This document shows positions 20,029-29,829 of a stretch of 64,000 nucleotides of DNA, one piece after another. The first letter of the stretch is position 1; each line of letters opens with the position of its first letter. The position numbers and the translations under genes are program-made. Source of the stretch: Agathobacter sp. (lineage in GTDB: Bacteria; Bacillota; Clostridia; Lachnospirales; Lachnospiraceae); the NCBI GenBank assembly GCA_022775045.1, contig JALFLB010000011.1, forward strand, positions 23,384 to 87,383. Reading direction: 5' to 3'. A model generated the notes under the pieces. The model did no database searches, had not been told where the DNA came from, and saw nothing but the letters and a program-made list of their open reading frames with translations.

Positions 20029-21264
20029 ATGTATACTAAAGATATGAGAGAAAAAATGTTGAAACGAACAATTACATATGTCATAATGGCTTTTCTTGCG
20101 GTAGTTTTTCTTGCAGCTTGTAAAACGAAGGGCGCAGAAGAGGATGATACAGTATATTTTCATCATTCCATGGCAGATACAGAGACGCAGACAAAAGAGG
20201 TTCAGTCGGGAGAACAGCAGGAATATTATCTGATTACTGAAGTTGATCAGATTCAGGAGACGTTGCAGCTCTATCGCTATGAGAATGGGATGGAATACCG
20301 GTACTATTATGGGACGGGCACACGTTTTTATGATAAGTATGGCAATCGCACAACGGTGAGCAGTTTTAAGCAGGGACTGCTGGTCACCATTGGTGAGGTG
20401 AACAGCGAGGGCATTCTCTGTGAGGCAAGAATCTCTGATCAGGCCTGGGTGTATGAGGATGTCAGCCGGTTTTCTGTGAATCCGCAGCTGCACATGTTTA
20501 AGATTGCGGACAATAAATATAGTTACGATGAGACCACACATATTTTTTCCGGAGATCAACAGGTGCAGATGGAGGACATTGCTAAGGGAGATGTTCTGTC
20601 GGTTGTGGGGGTGGATAAACAGATTCTGTCGGTATGTATTACGACTGCACAGGGAACACTGCAGCTTAAGAATACCAAGCTTTTTGACGGAAGCTTTTTA
20701 CAGCTGGGAAACAGAATCTTTACAGAGATTACAACAGATATGGCATTGAAGGTGCCGGAGGGAACCTATGAGCTGGTCGTTGCGAACAACGGCTGGGGTG
20801 GAAGCACCGAGGTCACGATCGTGCGCGGAGAGACGACTGTTGTGGATCTTGACAGCATCAAGGGAAGTGGACCCAAGCAAGGCAGGATTCAGTTCCTTGT
20901 GGATGTGGAGGACGCAATCCTCATGATTGACGGGGAAGAGACAGATTATGAAAAACCGGTGAAACTGACCTACGGCAGTCACAGCGTGGCTGTATATGCA
21001 CCGGGTTTTGACGTGTGGAAGCGCAACCTTTATGTGAATTCGAAAAAAGCGACGTTACTGATCAGCCTTAAAGATGAAGGGGAGGAAGAGGAGAAAATCG
21101 AAACCGGCGGACAGGCCGGGCAGACGGAAACGCAGAAGACCACGGAATCAACGGCAAAGGAATCAGAAACAAAAAGTGAGAGTGAAAAAAGACAGGAGGA
21201 ACTTGATTTGATTAAAGATTTGATTTCCGGCATGACAGATGCGAGTTCCATTGTGTCAAATTGA
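20029..21264 (+). CDS. PEGA-domain lipoprotein
   Basis: Lipobox LAAC and PEGA-like VDVEDAILMIDG...YGSHSVAVYAPGF; the start may be 20056. Confidence 0.7.
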   Translation: MYTKDMREKMLKRTITYVIMAFLAVVFLAACKTKGAEEDDTVYFHHSMADTETQTKEVQSGEQQEYYLITEVDQIQETLQLYRYENGMEYRYYYGTGTRFYDKYGNRTTVSSFKQGLLVTIGEVNSEGILCEARISDQAWVYEDVSRFSVNPQLHMFKIADNKYSYDETTHIFSGDQQVQMEDIAKGDVLSVVGVDKQILSVCITTAQGTLQLKNTKLFDGSFLQLGNRIFTEITTDMALKVPEGTYELVVANNGWGGSTEVTIVRGETTVVDLDSIKGSGPKQGRIQFLVDVEDAILMIDGEETDYEKPVKLTYGSHSVAVYAPGFDVWKRNLYVNSKKATLLISLKDEGEEEEKIETGGQAGQTETQKTTESTAKESETKSESEKRQEELDLIKDLISGMTDASSIVSN

Positions 21265-21429
21265 CGATTTTTGAACTTGATTTTTGGTTGTTTTTAAAGG
21301 GCAAAAAGCGCGTAAATATGGGTTTTATTCTTGACAAATAGATGGAAAACAAGTATAAATAGATTTGTAAGTAATTTGAGAGAAGGAACTCGAATTATAT
21401 AATATAGAATCCATAGGAGGAATTTTAAC

Positions 21430-21702
21430 ATGAACAAAGCAGAGTTAGTTGCAGCAATCGCTGAGAAGGCTGAGATTTCCAAGAAAGATGCAGAGGCAGC
21501 TGTAAAGGCATTTACAGATGTTGTTGCTGAAGAGTTGAAGAAGGGTGAGAAGATCCAGTTAGTAGGATTCGGTACATTCGAGGTATCTGAGAGAGCAGCA
21601 AGAGTTGGTAGAAATCCACAGACAAAGAAGGAAATCACAATCCCAGCTTCTAAGGCACCGAAGTTTAAGGCTGGTAAGGCTTTAAAGGATTCTCTGAACT
21701 AA
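21430..21702 (+). CDS. hup: DNA-binding protein HU
   Basis: [26 protein letters not shown] and [11 protein letters not shown]. Confidence 0.97.
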   Translation: MNKAELVAAIAEKAEISKKDAEAAVKAFTDVVAEELKKGEKIQLVGFGTFEVSERAARVGRNPQTKKEITIPASKAPKFKAGKALKDSLN

Positions 21703-21720
21703 TTTTGGTGAATAGTAAAT

Positions 21721-21749
21721 GTGGAGCACCTGCGGGCGCTCCACTTTTT
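21721..21749 (+). terminator. Terminator after hup
   Basis: GTGGAGC/GCTCCAC stem plus T-run. Confidence 0.75.
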
Positions 21750-21773
21750 GATTTTCGGGAAAGGAGTAAGGCT

Positions 21774-22013
21774 ATGCGACTGGATAAGTTTTTAAAGGTA
21801 TCCCGGCTGATCAAACGCCGTACTGTGGCGAATGAGGCATGTGATGCAGGACGTGTTATGGTTGGCGGCAAGCCGGCTAAGGCATCTACGAATGTCAAGG
21901 CGGGGGATGAAATCGAGATTCTGTTTGGACAGAAGTCGGTTAAGGTTCGTGTTCTCAGTGTTGCAGATACGATTCGCAAGGAAGATGCAAAGGATCTTTT
22001 TGAATATATTTAA
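21774..22013 (+). CDS. S4-domain RNA-binding protein (YabO/Hsp15-like)
   Basis: MRLDKFLKVSRLIKRRTVANEAC; conserved position upstream of yabP. Confidence 0.92.
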   Translation: MRLDKFLKVSRLIKRRTVANEACDAGRVMVGGKPAKASTNVKAGDEIEILFGQKSVKVRVLSVADTIRKEDAKDLFEYI

Positions 22014-22078
22014 CATAAAAAGTACATCTCCTCATATAGTAAATATATAAAATATTACAGGGAGGAGAAGGAATCATG
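22014..22078 (+). promoter_or_regulatory. SigE-type promoter plus anti-RBS of yabP
   Basis: ATA (22015-22017), 15 bp, CATATAGT (22033-22040). TCTCCTC (22027-22033) is the exact reverse complement of RBS GAGGAGA (22062-22068). Confidence 0.65.
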
Positions 22079-22357
22079 GAAGAAAAAAAGGTGACGGGAA
22101 CGCATAAGCTGATGCTGAAGGACCGGAAAAACGGGAGCTTTACGGGGGTATTGGATGTACTTTCGTTTGATTTGAATGAGATTTTGCTTGAGACAGAATG
22201 TGGAATGCTCCATCTGAAAGGAAAAGATCTTCATGTAAATCGGTTGGATCTTGAGAAGGGCGAGGTTGATATTGACGGACAGATTGATGCTCTGAATTAT
22301 TCACAGGTGCCGGGAATCGGGAAGAAGGGCAGCATGCTCGGAAAGCTGTTTAAGTAA
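22076..22357 (+). CDS. yabP: Sporulation protein YabP
   Basis: HKLMLKDRK...TGVLDVLSFD...GMLHLKGKDLHVNRLDLEKG; synteny. Confidence 0.92.
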   Translation: MEEKKVTGTHKLMLKDRKNGSFTGVLDVLSFDLNEILLETECGMLHLKGKDLHVNRLDLEKGEVDIDGQIDALNYSQVPGIGKKGSMLGKLFK

Positions 22358-22758
22358 TGCAGCCGGTTTCTGGACTTGAAATAGAACTGGCTTTGTTCTT
22401 GCGTTCTCTTTTGCTGGGAGCAGGTCTGTTGGCAGTTTATGATGGAATCCGGATTTTTCGTAGATTTTTTTCGCATGGAATGCTTTGGATTTCATTGGAG
22501 GATGCTGTGTATTGGACGGCGGCAGCAATCTTTTTTTTTCTTCAATTATGTGAGGTAAATAATGGAATCATAAGAGGATACATCTTACTTGGAATGGCAC
22601 TTGGCGCATGGATTTATTACTGTCTGCTGAGCAGGTTTGTGATGCGCAGACTGTCAAAAGTGATTATGCGTGCAAAAAAGCGATTGAAAAAAGTGAGGAA
22701 AGCGGCTACAATAAAAATAAGTAAATGGAAAAAGTCAGGAAGGACGGAGGAAAACTAA
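22357..22758 (+). CDS. yabQ: Spore cortex protein YabQ
   Basis: Hydrophobic protein with YDGIRIFRR...EDAVYW...NNGIIRGY and a basic tail; follows yabP. Confidence 0.88.
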   Translation: MQPVSGLEIELALFLRSLLLGAGLLAVYDGIRIFRRFFSHGMLWISLEDAVYWTAAAIFFFLQLCEVNNGIIRGYILLGMALGAWIYYCLLSRFVMRRLSKVIMRAKKRLKKVRKAATIKISKWKKSGRTEEN

Positions 22759-23057
22759 TGAGCCGCAGGAAAAAGGGGAGACGCCGCGGCACCGGAATGG
22801 TGAGCATTACGGTAATTGTTCTTGCATTTATGGTGGTGATGGCGGTTCAGATTTATAGAATCAAAGAAAAAGATGATGCGTATGTTGCGCGCGAGCAGGA
22901 ACTGAAGCAGGAATATCAGGATGAGACACAGCGAGCATCGGAGATTGGTGATCTTGAGACTTATATGAAGTCATCGGAATATATTGAAGATGTGGCAAAG
23001 AGTAAGTTGGGTCTGACTTATAAGAACGAGATTATTTTTAAGGAAAGCAGGGATTAA
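22758..23057 (+). CDS. divIC: Septum formation initiator (DivIC/FtsB family)
   Basis: Basic N-terminus, one TM helix, coiled coil and EYIEDVAKSKLGL; synteny. Confidence 0.82.
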   Translation: MSRRKKGRRRGTGMVSITVIVLAFMVVMAVQIYRIKEKDDAYVAREQELKQEYQDETQRASEIGDLETYMKSSEYIEDVAKSKLGLTYKNEIIFKESRD

Positions 23058-23164
23058 TGCTTTCCTTTTCCTTTTGTCAGGAAGTTCATGTTCCAAAGCA
23101 GATGCCCCTCGAATCGACCCTAAAGAGAAATTTTAGGGAAAAGTTTTTTAAAAATCGAAGAAAA

Positions 23165-23198
23165 TGCGACATGTATTGACTCTGTGTGTGTGTATAAT
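23165..23198 (+). promoter_or_regulatory. Probable Spo0A-activated SigA promoter of spoIIE
   Basis: Reverse 0A-box-like TGCGACA (23165-23171) lies 21 bp from TG-TATAAT (23193-23198), like the B. subtilis spoIIE/spoIIG arrangement. Confidence 0.45.
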
Positions 23199-23231
23199 TG
23201 CACCTTGAAAAATTGAATTTGGAGGAGCAAT

Positions 23232-25127
23232 ATGAGTACAAAAAGGAAACAAAGACAGAGTCTGAGATGGCCGGAGGTGTTGGGGAGACTGGTTTACGGT
23301 TTACTCGGTGCGTTGAGCAGTATGCTGTGCATTATGGGATATTATCCGCTTGTTCCGGCATTTTATGCAGGCTGTTGTTTCGACCAGAGAAAAAATTATT
23401 TACTGTACATAGGATTGTTTACAGGGATGGGGTTTTGCATGCCGGTTGGAGCAATGGTAAAATATTTATTTGTGCTGCTGGTGACGGGGATTGCCATTCA
23501 TTTTTACAGATGGGCAAATCGTCGCTGCAGTGGGGTGACCGCCGGTTTGATTTCAGGTCTGGCTACCGCTGCAATGAATTGTTCTGGTGCTGTGTTTTAT
23601 GCGATGGACCGTAAGGAATTTGTTTTGGGAATTTCGGAAGGAGTATGCGTGTTTGGTGCTGCAGTATTGTTTCATTATGTATCCCAGATGAGTTATGAAT
23701 TGGGACAGACGATACTGCAAAGCCCCAAAGATGATGATCAGGGTCAGCAGCAGACCGCGCTTGATGAAGCGCAGGGGCGGATTCATGCCTTTGCAGAGGC
23801 TGTCGATGGACTTTCGGTAGCTTTTGCAGCTATGGGAAGCCGGTCAGAATTTTCGGGTCATGAAAGCGTGACAGTCCTTGAACAGGAAATTACTGGAAAA
23901 TTGTGTGGCGCTTGTGATGCCTGTGCAGTTTGCTGGAATGATAAAACGGATTTGTCTGCAAAAATACGTAGAATGTTGCAGGCGGTGGTGGCTCATAATC
24001 CGAAGGAAGAAATATTGGATCAAAATTATATGGAAGAATGTCCGCGCTATCCGGGGATGGTGGAGGAAGCAATCTGGGCTTTTTCACGGATGGAATTAAA
24101 TGAAGCCTGGTACCGGCGGTTGCAGGAGAATCGAATGGTGATTGCGGGCCAGCTGGATGCGATGGCAGATGCCCTGCAGGATTGGAACAGGGATAAGAAA
24201 AATGTGGACGCAAAGTCAAAGCTGCTACTGGCGAGGGTAGGATTTGAGGCGTTGGAACGTGGGTTGGTTGCAGAAAATGTGCATATTTATGAGGATGACC
24301 ATGGACGGCGCAGCATCAGCGCAATGGTCAGCAGTAAGTGGGGGGGAGGAATTCCCAGCAAAAATTACAGGAAAGCACTGGAACGTGCTACAGGTCTTGC
24401 GCTACGTTTACAGAAGGATGCGAGAGCTATTCTTACGCAGGATGCGGTGCCGATTACAGCATATGAAGATACTTGCTATTATGCGCTTTCAGGGGTCGCA
24501 GCGGAGGCCAAGGATGGTGCGAGCATGAATGGGGATAATTTTTCCCTGTTTACTTCTGAGAACGGAAGATATCACATTTGTCTTTCTGACGGAATGGGGA
24601 GTGGACCGGCCGCCAGTAAGGAGAGTGATATGGTCGTAGATCTGATGGAAAAATTTATGGAGGCAGGGTTTCCCCGTGATACAGCGATTCATATCATGAA
24701 TTCTGCAATGGTTCTGAAGGGAGAAAATGATACGTATTCTACTCTTGATTTTGCGGTGGTTGATCTTTACACGGGGGAACTTGAACTAACCAAAATTGGT
24801 GCAGCTGCGTCCTTTATCCGCCATCGTCAGGAGGTGCGCTATATCCCCGGGGGGTCACTTCCGACCGGAGCAGAAGCAACGAAAGTGGACGAGCCGGTAT
24901 GTACCCGACTGACAAATGGCGATTTCCTTGTCATGGTAACGGATGGTGTGTTAGAATATTTGCATGTGAAAAATCCGGAGGAAAAGCTTTCGGAAATGAT
25001 CAGTGAGATAAAGACAGAGAATGCCGGAGTATTGGCGCGTCAGTTGATGGAACGTGTTATGCTTTTTACAGGAGGTCATGCATTGGATGACATGACGATT
25101 GTTGTTACCGGCATCTGGGAGAAATAA
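23232..25127 (+). CDS. spoIIE: Stage II sporulation protein E (PP2C phosphatase)
   Basis: N-terminal TM helices, CGACDAC...C Zn motif, NGDN, LSDGMGSG, TDGV and DDMT. Confidence 0.9.
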   Translation: MSTKRKQRQSLRWPEVLGRLVYGLLGALSSMLCIMGYYPLVPAFYAGCCFDQRKNYLLYIGLFTGMGFCMPVGAMVKYLFVLLVTGIAIHFYRWANRRCSGVTAGLISGLATAAMNCSGAVFYAMDRKEFVLGISEGVCVFGAAVLFHYVSQMSYELGQTILQSPKDDDQGQQQTALDEAQGRIHAFAEAVDGLSVAFAAMGSRSEFSGHESVTVLEQEITGKLCGACDACAVCWNDKTDLSAKIRRMLQAVVAHNPKEEILDQNYMEECPRYPGMVEEAIWAFSRMELNEAWYRRLQENRMVIAGQLDAMADALQDWNRDKKNVDAKSKLLLARVGFEALERGLVAENVHIYEDDHGRRSISAMVSSKWGGGIPSKNYRKALERATGLALRLQKDARAILTQDAVPITAYEDTCYYALSGVAAEAKDGASMNGDNFSLFTSENGRYHICLSDGMGSGPAASKESDMVVDLMEKFMEAGFPRDTAIHIMNSAMVLKGENDTYSTLDFAVVDLYTGELELTKIGAAASFIRHRQEVRYIPGGSLPTGAEATKVDEPVCTRLTNGDFLVMVTDGVLEYLHVKNPEEKLSEMISEIKTENAGVLARQLMERVMLFTGGHALDDMTIVVTGIWEK

Positions 25128-26593
25128 TGATTGAACGGGTTAGATCCTATATAGAACAATGGAATATGATTATGCCGGGAACACGAGTAGTTGCCGGGGT
25201 TTCGGGAGGCGCGGATTCGGTTTGTCTGTGTCTTTTACTGAAACAGTTATCCGAAGAAATGAATTTTACGCTGGAAGTGATTCATGTGGAGCATGGAATT
25301 CGCGGAGAGGACAGTAGGAAGGATGAGCAGTTTGTACAAAGATTGTGTACAGGACTGGGGATATTGTGCCATGTAGAAGTAGTGGATGTGCCTGCCTATG
25401 CGACCCAACACCATATGGGATTGGAGGAGGCGGCACGGATTCTGCGTTACCGTGTCTTTGCAGGATATGCTGCAAACGTGCCGGAATGCAGGATTGCACT
25501 TGCACATCATATGGAGGATAATGCGGAAACGATTTTGTTGCAGATGATTCGGGGGAGCGGACTTGATGGACTCTGCGGAATGCGGCCGCTGCGGCGAGGA
25601 ACGAACGGGGAATGTTACATCCGGCCTCTGCTGGAGTGCAGCAGAAGTGAGATTGAGGAGTTTTTGCAGAGCAGGGGGCAGGCGTACTGTAGTGATATCA
25701 CGAACGAGGATCTTTCCTACAGCCGTAACCGGGTACGCCATAAGGTGATGCCGGAGCTTTCGGACATTAACGCACAGGCGGTTATCCATATCAATCAGGC
25801 GGCGGAGTTTCTGGGAGAACTTCGGGATTATCTGGATGAACTTACGGATACGGTGATGTTGCGTACTGTAAAAACGAAGGAAGACGGGGTGGCTCTTGAT
25901 GTGAACAGTCTTGAAAATATGCCGCAGGTTCTTAGAATGCGTGTGATACAAAGAGCGGCGGCGCAAGCTGCCGGTGCCAAAAAGGACTGGACAAGAGCGC
26001 ATCTGGAAGCAATTGCATCGCTCCTTACAAAGCAGACGGGGCGCCGGGTGGATCTTCCCTATGAACTGACTGCAAAACGTGCATATCGGGAGATACTTTT
26101 ATACAGGAAGGAAAAGGATGTTTCGCAGAAAGCGCGGATGGAGATTTCTTCGAAACAGCTGCATGATTTATGCTGCTCAGGAAAAAAACACACACTGGTG
26201 ACGGAAGTGCAGGGAAGTCGTTTTACACTTCGCGTATTTCCGTTTCACGGGAAAATAAGTGAAATTCCACGAAAAATGTATACGAAATGGTTTGATTATG
26301 ATAAGATAAAAAATGGTTTTTCTATCAGGAATCGTGAGCCGCAGGATTTTTTCGTGTTTGATGTTGCAGGACATCACAAAAAGCTTGGCGACTATTTTAT
26401 TACAGAAAAAATTCCTTCGGAAGAGAGAGAAAGGTGCCTGCTGATTACTCAGGGTGCACAAGTGCTTTGGATTGTTGGTGGACGCATGGGGTGTACGGCA
26501 TTGGTGGAGAACACTACACGACTGATTCTTGAAATTGCCGTAGACACGGTTACATCAGAGATTATAGAAGGAGGAACAAATGATGGATTATAG
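25127..26593 (+). CDS. tilS: tRNA(Ile)-lysidine synthetase
   Basis: VSGGADS, AHHMEDNAET, IRPLL and NLSYSRNRVRH-like motif. Confidence 0.95.
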   Translation: MIERVRSYIEQWNMIMPGTRVVAGVSGGADSVCLCLLLKQLSEEMNFTLEVIHVEHGIRGEDSRKDEQFVQRLCTGLGILCHVEVVDVPAYATQHHMGLEEAARILRYRVFAGYAANVPECRIALAHHMEDNAETILLQMIRGSGLDGLCGMRPLRRGTNGECYIRPLLECSRSEIEEFLQSRGQAYCSDITNEDLSYSRNRVRHKVMPELSDINAQAVIHINQAAEFLGELRDYLDELTDTVMLRTVKTKEDGVALDVNSLENMPQVLRMRVIQRAAAQAAGAKKDWTRAHLEAIASLLTKQTGRRVDLPYELTAKRAYREILLYRKEKDVSQKARMEISSKQLHDLCCSGKKHTLVTEVQGSRFTLRVFPFHGKISEIPRKMYTKWFDYDKIKNGFSIRNREPQDFFVFDVAGHHKKLGDYFITEKIPSEERERCLLITQGAQVLWIVGGRMGCTALVENTTRLILEIAVDTVTSEIIEGGTNDGL

Positions 26594-27125
26594 TAAGCAA
26601 CATGAGATATCCGTCTATCTTACCGAGGAACAGTTGAATCAAAGAATTGCAGAGATTGGTGCACAGATTACGCAGCGCTTTGCCGGGGAATCTGTGTATC
26701 TGGTATGCATTTTGAAAGGCTCCGTCTTCTTTACGACAGAGCTGGCAAAGCGAATTGCGCTGCCGATGACGATTGATTTTATGTCTGTTTCAAGTTATGG
26801 TGCACAGACACATTCATCTGGAGTTGTCAATGTAAAAAAAGATCTGGAGCATTCTATTGAAGGAGAGAATGTGATCGTTGTTGAGGATATTGTTGATTCA
26901 GGACATACATTAAGTCGCTTGATGCAGCTTTTTGAGAGCCGTAAGCCTAAAACACTTACGATTTGTACACTTCTGGATAAACCGGACCGGCGTGTAGTGA
27001 AAGATCTGCATGTGGACTATACGGGATTTGTGATTCCAGATAAATTTGTTGTGGGATTTGGTCTGGATTATGATCAGAGATATCGTAATCTTCCATATAT
27101 TGGCTTTGTGGAAGATGCTGAGTAA
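26580..27125 (+). CDS. hpt: Hypoxanthine phosphoribosyltransferase
   Basis: ILKGS, DFMSVSSYG, VVEDIVDSGHTL and FVVGFGLDY. Confidence 0.96.
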   Translation: MMDYSKQHEISVYLTEEQLNQRIAEIGAQITQRFAGESVYLVCILKGSVFFTTELAKRIALPMTIDFMSVSSYGAQTHSSGVVNVKKDLEHSIEGENVIVVEDIVDSGHTLSRLMQLFESRKPKTLTICTLLDKPDRRVVKDLHVDYTGFVIPDKFVVGFGLDYDQRYRNLPYIGFVEDAE

Positions 27126-27140
27126 GAAAAGGAGAACACT

Positions 27141-28994
27141 GTGAATACAAAGAATAAAAGTGGATTTCGGGGATTTGGCATTTATGCGATGCTGATTTTG
27201 CTTGTGGTTTTGATCTGGTATTGGCTTAGTGGTAATACGACGACAAGCAGTTATACTAGAGCAGATTTTGAAAAGGCCCTTGGAAAGGGGGCGGTTGCGT
27301 CGGTCGAAGTAGTACAGAATCGTGAGATTCCGACTGGAAGTCTTCGGCTTAAGCTTAAGGATGGGACGCAGTCAGTGCTTTACACATCAGATGTCAATGA
27401 GATGCAGCAGTTGATGAACAACTATCAGTTTACTAACTATACACTTGCGGATGTACCGGCAGAGAGCTGGATCATGACGCTGTTGCCGTATTTGTTGATT
27501 TTTGGAGCTCTTTTTATACTGTTTATCATTTTGAATAATAATGCTGCAGCCAACAATAGCGGTGGAAAAATGATGAACTTCGGGAAGAGCCGTGCAAAGC
27601 TTTCGACGGAAGAAGATAATCATATGACTTTTGCCAATGTGGCAGGCCTTCGTGAGGAGAAGGAAGAGCTGGAGGAACTGGTGGATTTTTTACGGGAACC
27701 GAAAAAATACACGAAGCTTGGAGCCCGCATTCCGAAGGGAGTATTGCTCGTCGGACCTCCGGGAACCGGTAAGACATTGCTTGCCAAGGCCGTTGCAGGC
27801 GAGGCAGGGGTTCCGTTTTTCAGTATCTCAGGATCTGATTTTGTGGAGATGTTTGTGGGTGTCGGTGCATCACGTGTACGTGACCTGTTTGAGGATGCTA
27901 AGAAAAATGCTCCATGTATTGTGTTTATCGATGAGATTGATGCGGTGGCACGAAGAAGAGGAACTGGAATGGGCGGCGGGCATGATGAGCGTGAGCAGAC
28001 TTTAAATCAGATGCTTGTGGAGATGGACGGTTTTGGTGTCAATGAAGGAATTATCGTGATGGCAGCAACGAACCGCGTAGATATTCTCGATCCGGCAATC
28101 ATGCGCCCTGGTCGTTTTGACCGTAAGATTGTAGTTGGAAGACCTGATGTGGCTGGAAGAGAGGAGATTCTTGGAGTCCATGCGAAAAATAAGCCGCTTG
28201 GTGATGATGTAGATTTAAAACAGGTGGCACAGACGACAGCGGGCTTTACCGGAGCGGATTTGGAGAATCTGTTAAATGAGGCGGCAATCCTTGCAGCCAG
28301 AGAAGATCGTGCGTTTGTTGTTCAGGCGGATATTCAGAAGGCATTTATCAAGGTGGGAATCGGCGCGGAGAAGCGCAGCCGTATTATTTCTGAAAAAGAA
28401 AAGAAAATTACCGCTTATCACGAGGCCGGACATGCGATTCTGTTTCATGTACTTCCGGATGTGGGACCGGTGCATACGGTGTCTATTATTCCAACCGGAG
28501 CAGGAGCTGCCGGCTATACAATGCCGTTGCCGGAAAAGGATGAAATGTTCAATTCCAAGGGGCGTATGAAGCAGGAAATTATTGTGGATCTGGGAGGCCG
28601 TGTGGCAGAAGAGATTGTCTTTGATGATATTACAACCGGCGCATCGCAGGATATCAAGCAGGCAACGCAAATGGCACGTGACATGGTGACGCGGTACGGC
28701 ATGTCCGAGAATATTGGTCTCATTTGCTACAAAGAAGATGATGATGAAGTGTTTATCGGTCGTGATCTTGCGCATGCTCATAATTATAGTGAAGGTATCG
28801 CATCCGCTATTGATGCGGAAGTAAAGCATATCATTGATGAGGCATATGCGCAGGCTAAGAGGATCATTGAGGAGAATCGTGACATTCTGGAACGTTGTGC
28901 AAATCTCCTTTTGGAGAAAGAAAAAATCACCCGCGAAGAGTTCGAGGCCTTGTTTGCCGATAGAATGGAATCAGAAGTTGTGCAGAATATCTAA
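27141..28994 (+). CDS. ftsH: ATP-dependent zinc metalloprotease FtsH
   Basis: [21 protein letters not shown] and zinc motif HEAGH; GTG start. Confidence 0.97.
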   Translation: MNTKNKSGFRGFGIYAMLILLVVLIWYWLSGNTTTSSYTRADFEKALGKGAVASVEVVQNREIPTGSLRLKLKDGTQSVLYTSDVNEMQQLMNNYQFTNYTLADVPAESWIMTLLPYLLIFGALFILFIILNNNAAANNSGGKMMNFGKSRAKLSTEEDNHMTFANVAGLREEKEELEELVDFLREPKKYTKLGARIPKGVLLVGPPGTGKTLLAKAVAGEAGVPFFSISGSDFVEMFVGVGASRVRDLFEDAKKNAPCIVFIDEIDAVARRRGTGMGGGHDEREQTLNQMLVEMDGFGVNEGIIVMAATNRVDILDPAIMRPGRFDRKIVVGRPDVAGREEILGVHAKNKPLGDDVDLKQVAQTTAGFTGADLENLLNEAAILAAREDRAFVVQADIQKAFIKVGIGAEKRSRIISEKEKKITAYHEAGHAILFHVLPDVGPVHTVSIIPTGAGAAGYTMPLPEKDEMFNSKGRMKQEIIVDLGGRVAEEIVFDDITTGASQDIKQATQMARDMVTRYGMSENIGLICYKEDDDEVFIGRDLAHAHNYSEGIASAIDAEVKHIIDEAYAQAKRIIEENRDILERCANLLLEKEKITREEFEALFADRMESEVVQNI

Positions 28995-29060
28995 AAAGAA
29001 ATTGAAACTTTTGTGAACTTTGTGCACACTTATCTTGTAAACCATGCTATTATAATAACC

Positions 29061-29155
29061 GTAAAAACCCCCCAATACATTATATATAGTTTTTACTATA
29101 CCCCATAGTAAAAATACCTTCTCCTAAAAAGACAGCGATCGTAGCTGTCTTTTTT
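29061..29155 (+). ncRNA. Candidate sibling small RNA, copy 1
   Basis: Own -10, CCCCCC tract, TTTTTACTAT-ACCCC-ATAGTAAAAA hairpin, CCTTCTCCT and terminator; no + strand ATG. Confidence 0.75.
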
Positions 29156-29272
29156 ACTGTTTTATAATGAAATGGGGAATTGTTTGCGATTATACAAAAT
29201 GTACAAAAAACACATCAAAATTTTGTTGGATTTGTTCACACTTATATACGGAACCGTGTTATTATAATAGCT

Positions 29273-29366
29273 GTAAAACCCCCCAATACATTATATATAG
29301 TTTTTACTATACCCCATAGTAAAAATACCTTCTCCTAAAAAGGCAGCGATCGTAGCTGTCTTTTTT
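29273..29366 (+). ncRNA. Candidate sibling small RNA, copy 2
   Basis: Same core as copy 1; an A>G change in the terminator stem keeps pairing as G.U. Confidence 0.75.
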
Positions 29367-29479
29367 ATTTTTGATGAAGTGGGAAATTATCTGAGATAGT
29401 GCAGATCGCACAAAAAACATATTGAAATTTTGTCAAGTTTGTTCACACTTATATACGGAACCGTGCTATTATAATAGCT

Positions 29480-29574
29480 GTAAAAACCCCCCAATACATT
29501 ATATATAGTTTTTACTATACCCCATAGTAAAAATACCTTCTCCTAAAAAGACAGCAATCGTAGCTGTCTTTTTT
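29480..29574 (+). ncRNA. Candidate sibling small RNA, copy 3
   Basis: Same core as copy 1; the single change lies in the terminator loop. Confidence 0.75.
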
Positions 29575-29692
29575 ACTATGCAAAAATGGAGAAAAAGAGA
29601 TAAATGAGAGGATTATGGATTTTCAAAAATCTGCTTGTCAACGGGAATAGATTATGATATAATTCAACACTGTCAGAGTGATTTGACAAAAT

Positions 29693-29774
29693 GGGCAGAT
29701 TCCCGAGTGGCCAAAGGGGGCAGACTGTAAATCTGCTGCAAATTGCTTCGGTGGTTCGAATCCACCTCTGCCCA
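29693..29774 (+). tRNA. tRNA-Tyr (GTA), CCA not encoded
   Basis: Acceptor GGGCAGA/TCTGCCC, anticodon GTA at 29727-29729, long variable arm and GGTTCGAAT T-loop. Promoter TTGTCA-17-TATAAT at 29635-29663. Confidence 0.96.
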
Positions 29775-29776
29775 TG

Positions 29777-29818
29777 AAAACTGCCGCACGAATGAGTCAT
29801 CATTCGTGCGGCAGTTTT
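29777..29818. terminator. Bidirectional terminator between tRNA-Tyr and the lacI-family gene
   Basis: 19-bp perfect inverted repeat with A/T runs at both ends. Confidence 0.9.
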
Positions 29819-29829
29819 GCGTCTACTGT

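Larger units (their letters stand above)
29011..29574 (+). repeat. Three tandem ~210-bp units (periods 212 and 207 bp)
   Basis: TATAAT at 29051, 29263 and 29470. The ~95-nt core is near-identical in all three; the linkers have diverged. Confidence 0.95.

Noticed and set aside
21717-21730. 13-nt identity (AATGTGGAGCACC) between the hup terminator region and the ZTP riboswitch
   Set aside because: Same orientation, a single short match, and each copy is explained by its own structure; probably chance.
23176-23198. (TG)5 tract between TTGACT and TATAAT as a phase-variable spoIIE promoter (three more units would give 17-bp spacing)
   Set aside because: Five units is short for slippage, and the layout is already explained by Spo0A boxes 21 bp from the -10.
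23198-23614. 138-aa ORF overlapping the spoIIE start
   Set aside because: Alternate frame of spoIIE, with no RBS or motif.
29011-29574. CRISPR array
   Set aside because: The repeat unit (~150 bp) and period (~210 bp) are far too long, the linkers are mutually alignable, each unit has a promoter and terminator, and there are no cas genes.
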